From NCBI GenBank assembly GCA_028023455.1, contig JAQFVV010000003.1:6076001-6140000 (forward strand): 64,000 nucleotides of DNA, given 5' to 3'. The DNA is from Epiperipatus broadwayi. Its lineage: Eukaryota; Animalia; Onychophora. The notes under the pieces are model-generated. The model was given only the letters and a program-made list of their open reading frames with translations, made no database searches and was not told where the DNA came from. Below, piece after piece: positions 26,290 to 42,019 of the stretch. Made by a program: the position numbers and the translations under genes. Position 1 is the stretch's first letter. Each line of letters begins with the position of its first letter.

Positions 26290-26550
26290 ATCACCTTGAT
26301 GTTGTTAACACTTAGTAAAATTTGATTGAGAATATAGCAAGTTCATAGCCAAAAACCTGAACTATGGGTTTATGTTGAGCGGTTTTCATTTTAATCCTGA
26401 ATCAAAAGACCTTTGGTTAGAATATTACCGAATGGAGCTTATGTATATTGATATGATTCTTAAAGGCAGGATCCTGACTTGAGCGATGATCATGTGTTGA
26501 TAAGTCTTATTTTACAAGGAGCTCAATAGAGGGCGATTCAATACTTTAAT
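26290..26550 (+). pseudogene. UTP6: Decayed intronless UTP6-like (HAT-repeat U3 snoRNP protein) fragment
   Basis: QVHSQKPELWVY, then after a deletion LSGFHFNPESKDLWLEYYRMELMYIDMILK. This resembles the UTP6 segment IHSNKPALW...LRFHPECPKLYKEYFRMELM (recalled). In-frame stops and frameshifts flank it. Confidence 0.65.
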
Positions 26551-27576
26551 TGAAATACTAATGTGTGTATACTGTATATATATATTAAATGTGTTTATTG
26601 TTTTTAAACATAACAAAAAAAATACAAGGAGAGTGAGATATAAGACATATAAATAAAAAGTTTTAAAATGCATTAAAGATTTTTTTTTTTCAATAACTAA
26701 ATAAAAATTATAACAAAAAAACATTAAGTATAGCTCAAGGCTAGAAATATTTTTTAATTTACTTTTTTTTTAAAATGTTATCTAAACATTTTGATTATAA
26801 ATAAATCAGTTAAATAAAAAGGTGTAATAATTACATAAAACAATAACATTGACGCTCTTGAGAATTAAATTAACAATAATAACTGAAGGTGCTAATATAC
26901 AGATATAAAGCATCTTGTAATAGCAGAGATGAATCCATATCTTCTAGATGAAACTGTGTAAGCATTCAGATATGATAGAAAATCTTTATTTGAATCATGT
27001 CTGATTGATGTTTTATATGATTCGTTTGATATGACACATTCTTATCATTATAGTGTAATCAGACATAGAAATTAGAAATCTGTCAGCATTACAATCTGAT
27101 GTTCATTGATAATATAGAGTGAAAAAATTGTATCAAACTGAGTAATTAAATTTAAGATATTATGTGATACTTATAAACAACTAAGTCATAAATCAGTCAT
27201 TGTATAAGTTACATCGAGATATTTGAAAATTTGCATTATATGCATTCGGTATATATACTGTTGTATGCTTGTAAAGTTAATGATATATATTTGTAGTATT
27301 TAATTTGTAAGATTCAGATTAAATAAGGTTAAATGCTTGAATCTTTGTATACAGAGATTAAGAATTGTTAATAAATATAATAGATTAAAATAATTTCACT
27401 GTAGAGATAAAATAAATTAATTAAAAGATAAGCTATAGGATATATTCTCAACAAATACCTTGGATTAATTACTGCTTATGAAAATACCTTTATTACTGTT
27501 TATTCCAATAAACTTAAAAAGATGTATATATATATAATTTAAACATTAAAAGCATAAAGCTAAACTAGTCAATAAA

Positions 27577-28147
27577 TAATCAAAATTACCCCAAATTCAC
27601 AACTCAACCAGATTAGCCAAGAAAATAAATTCTAAAACACTAATAATAGTTTCACTGCTACAAGCAGACTTCTCAAGTGTAAAGCACTACAAAATAACAA
27701 CATATTTAAACTAAACATTACCCACAATTCCACTTACTTCCCATCCACCCTTAATATTAAAAGAACTTTTAAATAAGTTCATTGCTTCCAAATCATAAAT
27801 TTTTAATAATAAAGATTCTTTCTTTTTATTTTATTTCTCTTAAAGAAGACACTATTAATTGTGATGAAGCCAAGATTGTCTTCTTTGACATAAATGAAAT
27901 TAAAAAAAGAATTAAAGAATATTAAAAATTTATGATTCTAAAGCAATTAACTTATTTAAAAGTTCTTTTAATATTAAGGTTATGGAAGTAAGTGGAATTG
28001 TGAGTACTGTTCAGTTAAATATGTTGTTATTTTGTAGTTCTTTACACTTGAGAAGTCTGTTAGTAGCAGTGAAACCATTGATAGTATTTTAGAGTTCATT
28101 TTCTTGGCTGCTCTGTTTGAGTTGTGAATTTGGGATAATTTTGATTA
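27577..28147. repeat. Long inverted repeat, ~270-bp arms, ~25-nt loop, variant hammerhead-like motif (family E)
   Basis: 27577-27851 vs 27877-28147 are reverse-complementary with scattered mismatches. The arms carry cttgagaa-gtctgc(ttgta)gcag-t-GAAAC. Confidence 0.85.
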
Positions 28148-29321
28148 TATATAATCTAGTATATTGCTAAAGAAATATCAAAAGAATAGGGGAAAAATTG
28201 TATAAATTTTTAATATTGTATAAATCTTCGGGTGAATCTTTAATAGGAAAATAATTCTGCTTATGTATAAGCTTTCATGAATGATAATGTACATTGTTTA
28301 TTATGTTATAAAATATTGGATTTAAGTATATGCCTTATCTGCTTAATGAGTTAGCTCCTCATAACTGTGTATATACATGACAAACTGGGAGTTAAATCTC
28401 AACCACAGTAGTAGTTGATCTAATGTTGCATTTGATTAAATAGTGGATAATTGCTAAGCCTATCAATGCATAAGTTTTAGATATATGCACACATATCTAC
28501 AATACAATTTATATATATATTAAAGCATTAACCGAAATAATTAACAAAAAATAAAAATAAATTTAATTACATAAAAGACAGGGGAGGAATAATTGAAGAG
28601 AAAGAAACAAATCCACTTGAATCTATAAAGAATATGCAACATAAAAATGGCTGAGATATAATTTAAGGTGATGCTCTTACAGGGGAAACAATGAACAATG
28701 AGTTTGTGGGTAAGAGAGGATTATAGTATACTTGGTTCAATATTATTGTGGATTCATAAATCTACATAAAAGTTTAGAATCAAATGGTCATGTATATAGA
28801 GAGACAATCATATAGTTTGATTTCAAACAAAAGTAAAATACTCTTTTTTTTTCTATAAAGTCTATTTGATTCTCAGAAACTTTTGTCCCCATATGGCACT
28901 AATTCACCTATGATCTGACAAATTGGATTGCATTCCAAAATGCAATTTCTGCAATAAATTTATCATTATTAAATCTGATATATTGTTAAACTGAAATCTC
29001 TTAACCTCTCTCTCATTAACTTTTCAAATTGCAGAATTAATTTTCGTCTTAACTCCAAATTTACAAAAATATTTCAAATATAAGTTCATTTAAGTGAAAT
29101 GTAACTTTACACATGTATGTCAATTTTGGGAAGGTGAGAGATATTTGTATTCAAACAGGTACTTAATTTTAAAAAACATATAAAAGGCTTAAAAATATAA
29201 AATTCTGGAAATATATATTATCAGAAAACTGGATACTGCCTATATGAATGATTCATATAAATAAAGACAAATAAATAAATTGAGCTATTCTATTTATTGC
29301 CATGCCATTTCTTTATAATTA

Positions 29322-29423
29322 CTGATGAGTGCATTTCAGCACAAAATACATATATTGTTGATCATTTATCTTTTTCACATAAATGTGGTCAGCTTGAAAG
29401 TCTAGGTTCAAATCCTCTCTAAG
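29322..29423 (+). mobile_element. Family A element truncated just 5' of the hammerhead core, internally deleted
   Basis: CTGATGA-gtgc(atttca)gcac-AAAA-tacatata-ttgttgatcatttatctttttcacat...gcttgaaagtctaggttcaaatcc. Confidence 0.85.
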
Positions 29424-30179
29424 TATAAACAGTATCACAAAAAAGTCACTTTTCTTAATTAGTTTTAATTAAGACTGATGCTTCTGCTGATGATAAAACC
29501 ATATATTATTTATATAACAAATTTTATATCACTCATACAAAATATCTGAGTTATATTTCCTGATTGCCAAACTATCAAAGGGTTGTATTCAATTCTTATT
29601 TCCAAGTATTTTTTATGGAACAAGAACTATGTTATCCCTTTTCTATGAGCATCACTTTTGTTTCAAAAAATACCAATGGATTCATCATCCACAAGCAAGA
29701 CCATACCAATTTTACACCATTAGAAGCTCCTCCCCAGCTTAGAACATGATTTCCTAGAATCAAGAGTGTTTAAGTTTATAATTTAGAATGAGATTAATAA
29801 GACAGGAACAGAAACAGATAACTAAATATATTTATATAACAAAACAACTTATTTAGGGATCTTGATTGATCTCTGTCATTATAAATATTAATTTTATGCA
29901 AACAGACCTCATTGCAATTCTTGGATATGTGCACAACAGAAACAGCATACAGTTAAATTATTTTGAAAATTTCAGTTCAATAGACAAGTGTTAAGCTTCT
30001 AATTTTCAAATACATTAAACGATTCTTCATTTCGATGTCATATTCTCTTTTTATACAAAATTTTCATAAATAATAATTGAAACAATAGCAACATTAAAAA
30101 AATAAAATATATTCTTCCCAACATCAATAAAAAGAGAACAACAATTAGGATAAAAAAAATGGGTACTGTTCTATTAGAT

Positions 30180-30720
30180 CATGTCAGCCACTTTATGGTG
30201 CTATTTATATACAAAAGCACATAAATATGCCATTTACATGGCAGCTACCTTCTAGGCCTATATATCTATGCACAAAATCACAGAAAGAGGCCATTTAAAG
30301 TCAGCAGCCAGCACCGATGGTGTTATATTCTATGCTATAAAGCATAGAAAAGATGCCATTTATTGGAGGATAGCCTATTTTAGTGTTACACACTTTATCT
30401 CAATGCTCACAGTTCAATGTTTGCTACAGTATCATGTGAGGATGTCTGGCCTTCAGCCTGCCACAACTCTTCAAACATGCATATCAAAGGAATTAGCTCA
30501 TAAGTCATCTGACATACTATTACCTTCTAACAATTGTCAACCTGTTGCCATGCTTCCCTACTCAACATGGAACCTTCAAAAATGGAAAGGATATGTCCAA
30601 GCAAGATTTTGACCATCTCACACAAAGTCATGTTTGCATGAGAACACGTCCATGACAAATAAAATAGCTGACAGGTCAAAACAAGGCCAACTGCTGTCCA
30701 CAGAAGCCAATGTGAATTAA
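30180..30720 (+). mobile_element. Possible highly decayed RTE-like LINE fragment
   Basis: Locally higher GC. Broken frames give YFSVTHF...IVNLL...STWNLQ...SKILTISH...GQLLST, in the order expected for RTE C-terminal motifs. Confidence 0.35.
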
Positions 30721-33342
30721 TTCTAATCTAATAGAATCTTTGCAATAAGGTAGGTCAATTGATAAAGTTTTAATTCTTGAAGATGTGAAAAAGCATACTA
30801 TCTGCCCTACATTGTACAGGACTAAGATGAAATTTTTGGCCACTTGTAGTTAAAGCTTTTTAAATTTTTGGTAGCATAAAATTGTTCTTGACTAAATTAC
30901 AGGAATTGATTAAGGAAATCAATTAATTACATTAAGACTTTGGATAAAAAATGTGCGACTGTGAAAATTCTTGTAGTTCTATCCAGAGATCAAAAAGAAA
31001 TTGTGTGCCATCCAGTTCTGGCATATACAGGGAATTCTACTATAATAGAATATTTGAAATAACATATGTTTATGTAAAATTGTTCCAGTAAATGTTATTA
31101 AGGAAATTAATGAATTATGTTAACCTGTATAATTATTATTCTTTCACAAAGAATGGGGTGGGCCTGGTAACATTATATTTATGTGTTTTTGCATAGCAAC
31201 AATGCCATCAAACAGCTAACACGATCTATTAGAACTGTACCAAAAAATGTTATCATAATTGAATTCTGCTTAATTGTTGATGAGTCTTGTTCACATACAT
31301 ACAATTAAATACAGCGGCTTCTTTGATAATACAGTAAACTCACTTTTAATCATAGATATATTTATACAAAACAGTTTGTAATTTTGCAGTTTTCCTATAC
31401 TACTATTGTCTTTGGTTTCAGTTATAATTAAGTTCGATTGAATGGCTGTAACACCTTATTTATTATTTTCTTAATGGTGATAACTTTCTGATTAGACTTA
31501 TAATTGTAGGCAATGGGAGATCATTTCCACTATGTGTAGGCAAAAGCTATATTCAAAAGCATTATCATTTATGGATTTGGAATAGATAATAGTTCATATT
31601 AAAGAGGCTCATGATTTTAGCATTCTCAACAATTACATTCATTTTAATACAAATACGTCATTGAATTACTATGTCAAGAAACAAGAGCTGTAATTTTGAA
31701 ACTTTCCATTTGTTGAGTTGCATGATGCCCTTAATGTGATTTTGATTCTCAACCAACACCTTCTCTCTTTCTTTTTTCTTCTGCATATATTGCTATATCA
31801 ATGCATAGTGAGAGATATTTTCCATTATCTGCAACTACAGTTTCTTTCTTGTTTTTTTTTTAATACTTTAATCTTACAATTACAACTAATCAGTTGTCTT
31901 TCAATTAATATCTATTTACTAGATTTAATTTTATCTGAACAATCAAATAAATTATTTTCTTCTTAATATTCAGTTCTGATTTGGAGAAACTTATGCATAC
32001 TTTACATAACTTTGATTATTTATTGTTATTAATTACATATCCATATTCTCATTTTTTCTCTCTACAAAAAAGTTTTAAGTTGTTTACTTTGACTTCCCTC
32101 TTGAGATAATAATGTAAATGTCAAAGAATACAGGGTCTACTTAAGATTAACAATTATTTTTATAGCTTTTGTAGAATAACTAAATATATAAATTTTTAAA
32201 TACACTTACTTTTATAAATCTTGTTAATTCTTTGCCTGACTTTAAAGTAATTAACTTTTATCCTGCTATTTAATACTTTTGTGTTCAAATAATCTAGTCA
32301 AAACAAAATATAAATTCCTTTTTCATTCTAATTTTTATTTTTTAATTTTATATTTTTTAAAATTCTAAATGATACCAATCAAGAAAATGTTATTTTTTTA
32401 TTTAAACTATTTTATTTCATTACTTCAAAATGTTTACTCTATATATTTATGTGTGTGTAATACTGGTAACTTATGAAATTGTAAAAATGAGTTTCTCCAG
32501 ACTTTATCAATACTTAGGGGAGCTTAAAGAATTTAATAAATGTAAAATAATTATGAGAAAGTAATTAATTTGAAATATTGTCTTGACAGCATATTACAGA
32601 TATTAACATTGGCTATAGTAATATGATTTAAATATAACCAATTAACTATTGGCACTTAAGATTTATTATATTTAAAGTATTGACTACTAGTTCATTTAAA
32701 AGATGGTAAAAATGATGTTTCTTAATATACTTTCAAACATTTTATCTTTGTCTGTTGAATAAAGTTCATTTAAAGCTTCTATGAATATTTCACTTCAATC
32801 TATACCAGACATTTCTTTCTTTCACTGTCTGTTTAGAGTTCTTAGATAAAGATAATAAGTGGATTCCATTTACTGTTTAATTGAGCATTGCCTTGACAAT
32901 AGACTTCAGATATTCTATTGATTTATTTAAGAATTGGTTGTGATAATGTTATATATATATATATATATATACACATTACAATTTCTGTAGTATAAAAGAT
33001 TGTTTACTTGATTAATTTACTTGTTCCTCTATAATTTATAATTACTGTCAATTTATAATTTAAAGATATATCTACATGCAAATAATTTCAACAAAATAGA
33101 TATAATTTAATTATAACACAATTTATTTTAGATAATAATACTGTATCTCATTATTGTAATGCTCCATGCAGGTGTAATATAGTGGAAGAATAGTGATATC
33201 AGGAAATAAAGATTTATGGTTTAATTTTGAACTGATTAAAATAAAAAATATCCCATTTTGATCAATTGAATGTTATTAATGTGATCCATAAATCACTTTG
33301 GTATTCAGACATCATATAACCTTAAGAAAAACAGACCATACA

Positions 33343-33561
<219 letters not shown>

Positions 33562-36500
33562 AATATCATGCTGAAGAAGCTTACAAAATTCTTGTAACAA
33601 TTGGTTTGTGAGAGCTATTGCAAGCACCTTACTATATAGTATTGTTTGTAATTAATATTATAGAAAGTTTATATTGGATAGCAAATATAAAAATATAAAT
33701 GGAGATAGATATTTGTTGCACTATCTAATTTTTTATATGCCCTTATGTATGTGATTAAATACATAGAATGCTTCAGATTGGTAAAAAAAAAAGCACCTAC
33801 CTACCTTTTAATTGCAGAAGCACAACATAAGCAGTGAGTAAAAGTATATGGACACTACAAACAATAATGTTAGATTCCCACAACCACTATCTAATTGTCC
33901 TATTAGCTAGAAATTGATCGTGAAAGTCTACAATAGAATTGTATAAACTATAAAGAAAATAAAAAATATAAATGGTCTTCTACTTGCATAAATGTCTTGT
34001 AATTCATTACTTGATTGAGATTTTTATGTATATTAATTTGTTATGCAGGTGCATGTTAACCATTAAACATAACCACAAAAATAAAAGTTTGTTTTTGAAA
34101 AAGTAAATGTTACCATATATCATAAGATTTTTCACAAAGAAAGTGACTGAAAGAAATGTTGATTTATACATTTTTTTCTGTTACAATTTAGATATACCAA
34201 GAAGTGTTTATGTAAGTCTGGATTTATATAGAATTGGTTTTCATAAATAGAGGACTGCATGTACTTATAATGTACTGTTCTGTTTTAAAAATTTTAATTA
34301 TTAATTATAACTTATGAAAAGGCTGGAAAAAGGTAACCTTAACTATAATTGATGTTTTAAAAAAAAATTATTATTTGATCAAATATACTATTAGCTAAAG
34401 ATTTTGGATTCATGAAACCTGCTTTCTAGCATATCTCTAAACCTAACATGTATTTACAAACCATGTTTGTATTTTATATATATGTCAAATTAAATATTTT
34501 CATGGATTTATTATGATATAAATAATGGAAATTAAAAGATTATATTTATGTAAACAACCAGAGATAACTTTACCTTTAAAGTTGTTAAGAAACCATCAAT
34601 TACTAAGTGAGAATCATGAGGCTATGCAAGTTATATGTATATTGTAATATATAGAGTTTGGTCTAAGTTTAATAATGTAAACAATTTAATTGTTTTTAAT
34701 AAATTTATTGTAGATATGGCATTATACAAAAATTTTAAATGTTTTTATAAAACAATCATCAAATTCCTAATATGTTGTAACCTTTTGAAATTTTTGTATC
34801 AAATTCTAAATTTATGGTAAACCAATATAAAATTGACTTTTGTTCAAACATGCACAGTATGTTAAAAGGCAATACACTGCAAAAAAAAAATATACAATAT
34901 TTTATATTTGAATAATTTTAAAATAAAATTAATAAAACAATATTTATGTTAGTTTATGTTTAATATTAAAATGATTTAGAATCGTTAGTATAACATTAAT
35001 TTAATACTTAAAAGTATATGTGTGTGCATGTATATTTAACATAGCTATATAACTTATAAGAATGTTATTTTAAAATACAAAATTTTATTTAATACTTTAA
35101 AAATAAAAAAAATTGTTTATTATGAGGATAAATAAATAAATCATGGGAAAGCAATTTATATTAATTTTTGTAATTTGTGTATTTTAAATATATTAAAAAT
35201 GTACAATATTTTCTTTTAAAATATTTATTAAATATTATTCTGTAATTTAAAATATTTTATTTGAAAAAAATGCCATGTTTCTTTAAAAAGATATTCTTGC
35301 ATGCAAAGAGGTCTTTGCTGAAGTTTAAAAAATAGGAATTTATGTCAGAGTTAAATAAGTGAAAATAGAAATCTTGGTGCATTACTATAGCAACAATGAC
35401 ATAAATCCTGACATTAATAGGAACTTATAAATAATACTGAATTTATTTAAATTATCTTTATTTTTTGTCCTATGTGTTTGCTGTGTATTCTTACATTTTA
35501 ATTTAACCATTACTTGATGTAATAATTATAAAATGCAAGGCTAAAGTACTCAAAACATTTTGTCTTTAGGAAATTGTCTTTTGAAATTGTCTAAAATGAC
35601 AACATCTTAAAACATCATGATAAAAAAAATGCATAAGCTATGTTTTGGGAAAAAATGTATCAAAAAATGCCTAAGTAAATGCTATTACATTTCATTGACA
35701 AAATCTATCTAATGCAAGGAGAAATCTACTTATTTTGTAAAAAATAACTTATAGTGAACACTTGCATTACTGACTCTTTTCATTAAAAAAGAAAATGGAA
35801 TAATTGCATTATTCTAGGAATTCTCTGAAAATAAAAGCATCAAGAGAAAGGCTTATAATTGCATCCTCTTGACATCTACTGAAAGAAAGACATCAAAAGA
35901 ATTGCTTCCATGGAAAAACATAGACTTCAACAAAACTTTATTTATTAATTTAATTGTAGTTATTATTTGTATTAATAAAATATGTAATCCTTATAATATA
36001 CTGTTAGTAGATATAACAATCTTGGATAAACAGTTTATTTCATCATTTATCAGTTTATAGTTAAACTTAATATTATTACATTATTTGTGTGTTTGTTTAT
36101 AGTTTAAAGCAAGGTTGTTTAAAATTTTTCATTTAGTATTAATATTTGGGAATATTTCCTTTGCTACATTGTTTCTTTGATCTGAAAGTATTTTCTGGTC
36201 TCCATGGCAGTAAATTATTTTTATTTTATAGAGTCTTGCCATAGAATAGAGAAAAACTTCAATAATTTATACTGATGCCTATGAAGACATTATTGCAATG
36301 CCATGTATACTTTGTAGAATTATATATAAAAGTATTTGAGGTCTAAAGCTATTTTATTTTTTTCATGTCTATTACAATGAAGTAAATGAACTTACTAGAA
36401 TATGTTTTGCATGAGAGGGACACATTTAATTAGAGACTGCTGAAATTGTAGTATAAAATATAGTTAATATGGTTAAAATAATTACAATAGCATATTTATG

Positions 36501-39500
36501 CTTTTGTTGAATAACCCCCCTTAACTATTTTGTTTTTAATTACAAAACTTTCTCGGGCCAGAAGTCAAGAAATTGTATTTGTGTTTTTTGCCCTTTGTTG
36601 AGAAATTTTACAAAGTTGTTTTTTTTAGCCTTAAAATTCATGTATATATTTTTTCTAATATTTTAATTTTAAAAAAATTCAAAAATTTCAGGATAATTGA
36701 ATAAGCAGAACATAAAAGTTTCTTAAACTCCACAATGATGGGTGTTTATTATATATTTGGTGATCTCAAACTCTGTGAGATTACTTTGAGAAAATATTAT
36801 GAAGATCTAAAAACTTCATTTTTTTGGAAAGTTTATGATTATTTTTGTATTGTAATTATGTAATAATATATTATTAGATATTTATTTTTTACAGAAATGT
36901 TTTATTTTTAAATATAAAAAAATATATTATGTGTAACATTACAATAGAAATTTAAGGTTACAGGAAATACAACAGTTTAGAAATGATGTCACTCAACAGT
37001 CTGTTATAACATTTAGCAATATCATAAAAATTACAAAAATGTGTTAAACTTTTGAAGCAAAATGTACTAGATATTAAATTAATTCATTCAGATTTTTAAA
37101 ACAAACATCAAACAAAAAAGATTTCATTCATTTTGCAAAAGTGAATCTGCTCCACCTGAAATTTGATGACATGACCGTGCTTTGTTTTGATTAAAATCTA
37201 ATTTTTTAAATAATTCCAAAAATCAAAGGTGTTTTTTTTAATTTATTTAATTTCTAAACAAAAATATCTATCAAATGAGATCAAATTTATTATATTCTGA
37301 TAAATAATAATGGTTTAATATTAAAGTGAATGTTCAAAGGTTAAATCTAGTGAAAACAAAGAAATCTGTCAAAATATTAGCAGAGTGCAAAAGAGTTAAT
37401 ACATTTGGTTTTAACAAAAACAGCTACACACATGAGAACTAATGAATATACCTAAATTTAAATATTATTTTGTATTTTAAAAAGTCTGAATGTCCTGCTC
37501 TTTATATATTTTTTATTTATTATTATCAGTAATAATTTATTATTATTTCATATTTTGTAAATAAAACATATTTATATTTACTTAAATTAATTTGATTCTT
37601 ATGTCTGCATTCTTGCATCATCACATGATTAGTAATCTATGGTCATATAACATTTATTCTATAATATAATTTTCAAAATTCCACTTTATTGTTATTATTA
37701 TAGCTAGAGTTTATAAATATGACTAAAACCAATGAGAAAAGTATAGTTAGTTAAATTATTATGATTGTTTTATTTATGGTGTAGTTAATGAAATACATAT
37801 ATATTATAAAGGCAACAATATTTACTCAAGTTTATTATCATATATTTATATAAAGATTTAATTATTATAGAATACACTTGGGTATAATAAAATGCCCTTT
37901 GCTATCCAGTTTCATAGATTAAAGGATATTTATTCATTTATTTACCATATTTATTTATATTTTTTTAAATCCCTGCTAATTTTGTTATTCACTATCTATT
38001 TACAATTACATATTCAACTTCCAGATGTCATGGGCTAAATAGTTATCTGTAACAATTTTGGATAATTCTTAGATACTAATCTAATCAGCTATCTATATTG
38101 CATTTCTTTTTTGTTTCTTTAAAACACTGCTTAGATATCATGAAAGAATATCGGGATGACTAATTGATCAATTAATGATTCTTTGGATTTGGAAAAGAGA
38201 TTTATTGTAATATTACTATGTAATTTATAAATTCAAAATGAAATCTAAAAACTTCTTGTTACTTTTTCTTGATAGGTCTTTTTTATTTAGTGAACTTTTA
38301 GTATTATTTGTCTTTTCAATTTCTTATTTTGTTTTGAGAAAATGGATCAATGTTGGGAGAGTAGGAGAAGGGGGGAGGGTAAGATCATTTTAAGTTTGCA
38401 AGTGATTTCTCATCATTGTAATATTACCTAATATTGACTTACAAAATTAATTGATGTAGAATTTCAAACAATCTCTTTTAATATTTTTGACAGATTTCTT
38501 TTGGAAATTTTTATTCTTATGACATGTCTATAAAATTTTTAAATTTCTTCTTTCTTATTTGCTTTTTAAGAATTGAGGAGTGAGGGAGAAAGATGGTGAA
38601 TTGTAGAAGTCTTGTCAACTTTAATAAAAACAATAAGTGTCAGATCCATTCAATACAAAGTGCAAATTAAACCAATAATCAAAATAAAAATGAATTGATT
38701 GGTTTTGAAACAGCAATAACAAATTAACAAAAAAAAAAAAAAGCTTAAAAAAATGAAACATCTTTCTTATTGACTTGAATTTCCACCATCCATCCATCTC
38801 ATAGTTGTTTACTTTTTGACTTCACAAAAGTCCAAAAATAAAAGACATTGCTGCTTTCATTTTGAACCAAGTAATTTATTGGAAACACAGTGCAAAATCA
38901 TTCTAAACTCCCTCTTACCTTTCTTTTCTCCATCATAGATGATCTGAGGTCTCTAAATGAATAAAATAAGGACATTTATTTTAATTTTAATTTTTAATTA
39001 AAAATTAAACTAAAAAAAACAATAACGATTTAAATGAACACCTCCCAGTCTAAAGTTTCCAGTTGCTTTTCCAAATAAAAACATTTTAACAATATGATCA
39101 ATAAAGAACACAAAGTTTATTTTCAAATTAATTTCCAATAAGTTAAAGAAAAAAAAATATTGTAATGCATGGCAGTGGGCAAATGTTTCCTTTTTATCTT
39201 TTAGTTTTCTGCTGCATTTTTTTAAATTTTTCATGAAACTAGATTTTAGTTATGTAAATTATGTTCAAACATAAATGTATCAATTAATTATCCCAGAATT
39301 ATTTGGAGATGTAGATAGCTGAATAGATGGTGCTAATTCTTATTATTTTAAAATCCTGAAAGGCTCATTATTTGATCATTGCAATATATAATGTTTTTAA
39401 ATATATTTAAAACTTCCACTCCCCCACACAAAATTTATATAGATTTGCAAGATGTCTTAATGCTGAACCCAGGTTATAATTTCTTACATATTTCTTCAAT

Positions 39501-40694
39501 ATTTGCTCAGTACTTATCAATATCGAATAATTACACTTCGAATTACAAATGTTATATTTTATGCACTTACAACTTTGATACACTGCATGTTAATTCATTA
39601 ATGATTATTACCAATCATTTATTAAATAAGAGATTATTCATAATCCAAATATAAATTTTAAATGTCAGTTTTAAAAGTTAGTATATATGTTTTTCAATTC
39701 AATGTAAAAATATGGAAGAAATTACTTCATCTCTCTTTTTCCATGTTCAATATCTTTTTCAATATTCTTAAAACTTCCCCTCATTCATATATTCTTGAAA
39801 TATACAATTACTCATAACCAATAATATATTTATCTGAAGCAGTTGCTGTCAGAGTTGTAAATATGATAAGTTTGATACTTAATGTAATATATATCTATTA
39901 TGCTTTTCTCAGTAAAATTATCTATATATGACAAACTCTCAGTTAATGTTCTTTTGACATTTTTTTAAATAAAACTAAATTATAATATAGAGCATTAAGA
40001 TAATAAAACGTAGATGCTTCCTAACGAGATTAGTTGATTGGGGGGGGGGGGGGCTACCAAGTCTAAACTATCCAATCACATGTATAAATAAAAACAGATA
40101 TACATACCCATAAATATATACAAGTATGGAAATAATTCTAGTTTTGCAGTTCTTTATTTATAAATAATAATTTTAAGATAAAGAAAAATAAAATAAAAAA
40201 CTCACTTTCTTCTTTTGTTGTGGATTGTTTTGTTTGGACATCAATTTTTCATCTTCTTGTAGACAGTATCATAGTTACAAATTTTATTATTAAAAAATAA
40301 TTGCAAATACTCTTAAGATTAAAATAAACTGTACAATAGCATGACTAGTAATAAAGAAGAATCTACAACTGCGTATATGTATATTCAGATCATGAAAAAG
40401 CAAATCACTTGCAGGAAATTAATAACCTAATTTTTAAAAAAAAATTCAAAATATATCATATATGTATAATCTTAAAAGTGTCATCTACAATTTTTATATT
40501 TTATTCCTGTTACATTGCTACGAGAGCAAATTATACCCATACTAAATATGCAGAGATTAATTTAATTTTTTATCAATGTAGTAACAATTAAATATGTTAA
40601 AACTGTGAATGGCATTTTGAAAATTCAGCTTCCATTTGTTTCATATTATTTATACTATCGCTATTTGTTTATTATATATATGATAATATATATA

Positions 40695-41030
40695 TGTAAA
40701 TATAAGGGATTTGAACTCAAAGACTTTCAAGCCACTTCAACCATCCATACTATCTCATACTACTGATACACATGACCACACATATGCAGAAAAGATAAAT
40801 AATCACCAATGTACATATTTTGTACTGAACCAGCACTCATCAGTTGGTCCAGATTATCATCACCCATACATATATATATACAATCAGGGCTCAGTTTATA
40901 TTAAGATAGCAAATCCTTATACTTCAATGGACAGGCTTCAATCTTCTACAACCTCCAACTCTTCAGACGTCCATACTATTGAAAATCTGATGATAGAATT
41001 TCCAAATATATATGTAATAAATGAAAGTGT
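40695..41030 (-). mobile_element. Family A PLE/retrozyme-like element with hammerhead
   Basis: Minus strand 40858-40800: gataatctggaccaa-CTGATGA-gtgctg(gtt)cagtac-AAAA-tatgtaca-ttggtgatt. Confidence 0.85.
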
Positions 41031-41655
41031 TCTTTGATGAAGTTTACATATTTAATATCATTCACTATTACATGGTATAAAAACAGCCTAATTTTTCATA
41101 CCACATTTGCTTGGTTATAATTTAGCCTCATCAAGTATGGTAGAGGTATTAACATCTGTTAAACTTTATTGTCAGAATAGTAGTCAAAGTTTTTTATTTA
41201 TATTTTTAAAATAAGAATGTATTGTTGCAAAGTCATATTTTTTATCACAATCAAACTTAGCATGTAATTTTAAATCTATTATGCAGAGCAGAGATAATTA
41301 TAATTTCATTTTAAACCCTTCATCAATTGAAAATTACTATAAATGCTATAGTAATATGTGATACTGATACTGATGCTGAAGTATTTTTTATAAATGAAAA
41401 AATAAAAATCTATTTATAAAGAAGTTTTGCTTGCTACTTTGACGTTTGATTGGTGTTTAAACTACTAACATATCTAAATTGTAACCAAAATTTACGTAAT
41501 ATGAAAGGTTATGCTGCTTATTTTACATTAGGCAATATAAAGGATATTAAAAGTTTAAATCTGGGTTTGAGAGTACAAAAATTCATTTCTCATTTATTTA
41601 GAGTAAATATTTATTATTTATTTAGTTTATGGATTTTTTTATAGACAACTTAACT

Positions 41656-42019
41656 CAGGGATCCCCAACTCCATGCTTGCGGGCACTACGGCGCCCGCAG
41701 ACCATTTTACGTGTGCCCGCTGCTATCCGAACATGATAAAAAATTATTTATCTGACACAAATAAATTTAATTTTTAAAATTTCTTATAAATTATTGTATT
41801 ATATTGTAATCAAATTATAGGGCATACTATACTTTTACATCGTAAAATATAAACGTTAATTATGTTAAAATTTTATTTTTGAAATAAACATTTTTTTGTA
41901 CATTATGTGTATTATTAACAATATCCAACTATAAATTTACATTGAAAAAATAAATGGTGCCCGCCGCCTGGCCGGTATTATAGAATGTGCTCTTAAGTGC
42001 AAAAAGGTTGGGGCCGCTG
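41656..42019. mobile_element. hAT-type MITE, CpG-rich (young)
   Basis: Ends cagggatccccaac / gttggggccgctg; 8-bp TSD acttaact / gcttaact; repeated subterminal tgcccgc / cgcccgc motifs. Confidence 0.8.

Noticed and set aside
33570-33605. CTGAAGA plus a ttacaa/ttgtaa stem
   Set aside because: GAAA box and cleavage triplet are absent; at best an unrecognisable remnant.
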